A stretch of 62,508 nucleotides of DNA. It comes from Rickettsiales bacterium (GTDB taxonomy: Bacteria; Pseudomonadota; Alphaproteobacteria; Rickettsiales; SXRF01). A program made the translations under genes and the position numbers. Shown here one piece after another: positions 62,401 through 62,508 of the stretch (positions are counted from its first letter, which is position 1; the number at the start of each line of letters is the position of its first letter). The stretch spans positions 1-62,508 of the forward strand of contig JBEBHV010000001.1 in NCBI GenBank assembly GCA_040080715.1. Reading direction: 5' to 3'. A model generated the notes under the pieces. The model was not told where the DNA came from. It searched no databases and saw nothing but the letters and a program-made list of their open reading frames with translations.

Positions 62401-62508
62401 CAATGCGCTCATTCACCTGAGCGCGGGCAAAGTAAATATCTACGTCATCGCGGAATACAGCCGTTACCTGAGAGAATCCGTTGCGCGAAATCGAGCGTGT
62501 ATATTCAA
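59495..62508 (-). CDS. czcA: heavy-metal efflux RND transporter, CzcA/CusA family (5' end beyond the window)
   Basis: More than 1000 aa, 12-TM RND layout. The reading frame stays open upstream of the track start to the window edge (...[40 protein letters not shown]). Confidence 0.9.
   Translation of the reverse strand, partial: [1003 protein letters not shown]

Overview
All assignments come from reading the sequence and recalling family motifs; no database search was run. The window has three parts. (1) 1-7.5 kb is a low-GC alphaproteobacterial-type core segment: pgeF, an NDUFAF7/MidA-like methyltransferase, lgt, purN, purM, a secreted DUF2066-like protein and an AI-2E permease. (2) From about 7.5 kb the composition is clearly GC-richer (judged by eye, not computed). 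This stretch holds a GFA-family gene, an AAA/DUF4143 ATPase and two tandem tRNA 3'-end fragments at 9.30-9.40 kb. A roughly 48-kb siphovirus-type prophage (about 9.35-57.69 kb) follows. It carries a P4-type integrase, a Rad50-like ATPase/RecT/Cas4-like exonuclease module, an S24-like repressor facing a cro-like gene, and a DUF1376 replication module. Next comes an 8-kb leftward accessory block (ParB, DUF488, many small acidic proteins, an HsdM-like protein without motif IV). It continues with a Dam-like protein, a ParB-nuclease protein, terminase, portal, head and tail genes, including RcGTA-like distal tail genes and a G/GT-type -1 frameshift. A lysis cassette and fibre-like genes complete it. 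(3) 57.69-62.5 kb is a metal-efflux islet: a short CDF, lipoprotein and secreted proteins, a His-rich periplasmic protein and a partial CzcA-type RND pump. No rRNA, CRISPR array, cas gene or transposase was seen. The most unusual signal is regulatory. An exact 11-mer, CTACCACAACC, heads a CA-rich leader in front of nine early or accessory genes. Four near-identical promoter cassettes sit in the accessory block. An 81-bp promoter-bearing direct repeat brackets the integrase-to-replication module, and one copy drives a terminator-ended small RNA. No intact tRNA or attR repeat was found, so the prophage and island boundaries are only partly resolved.
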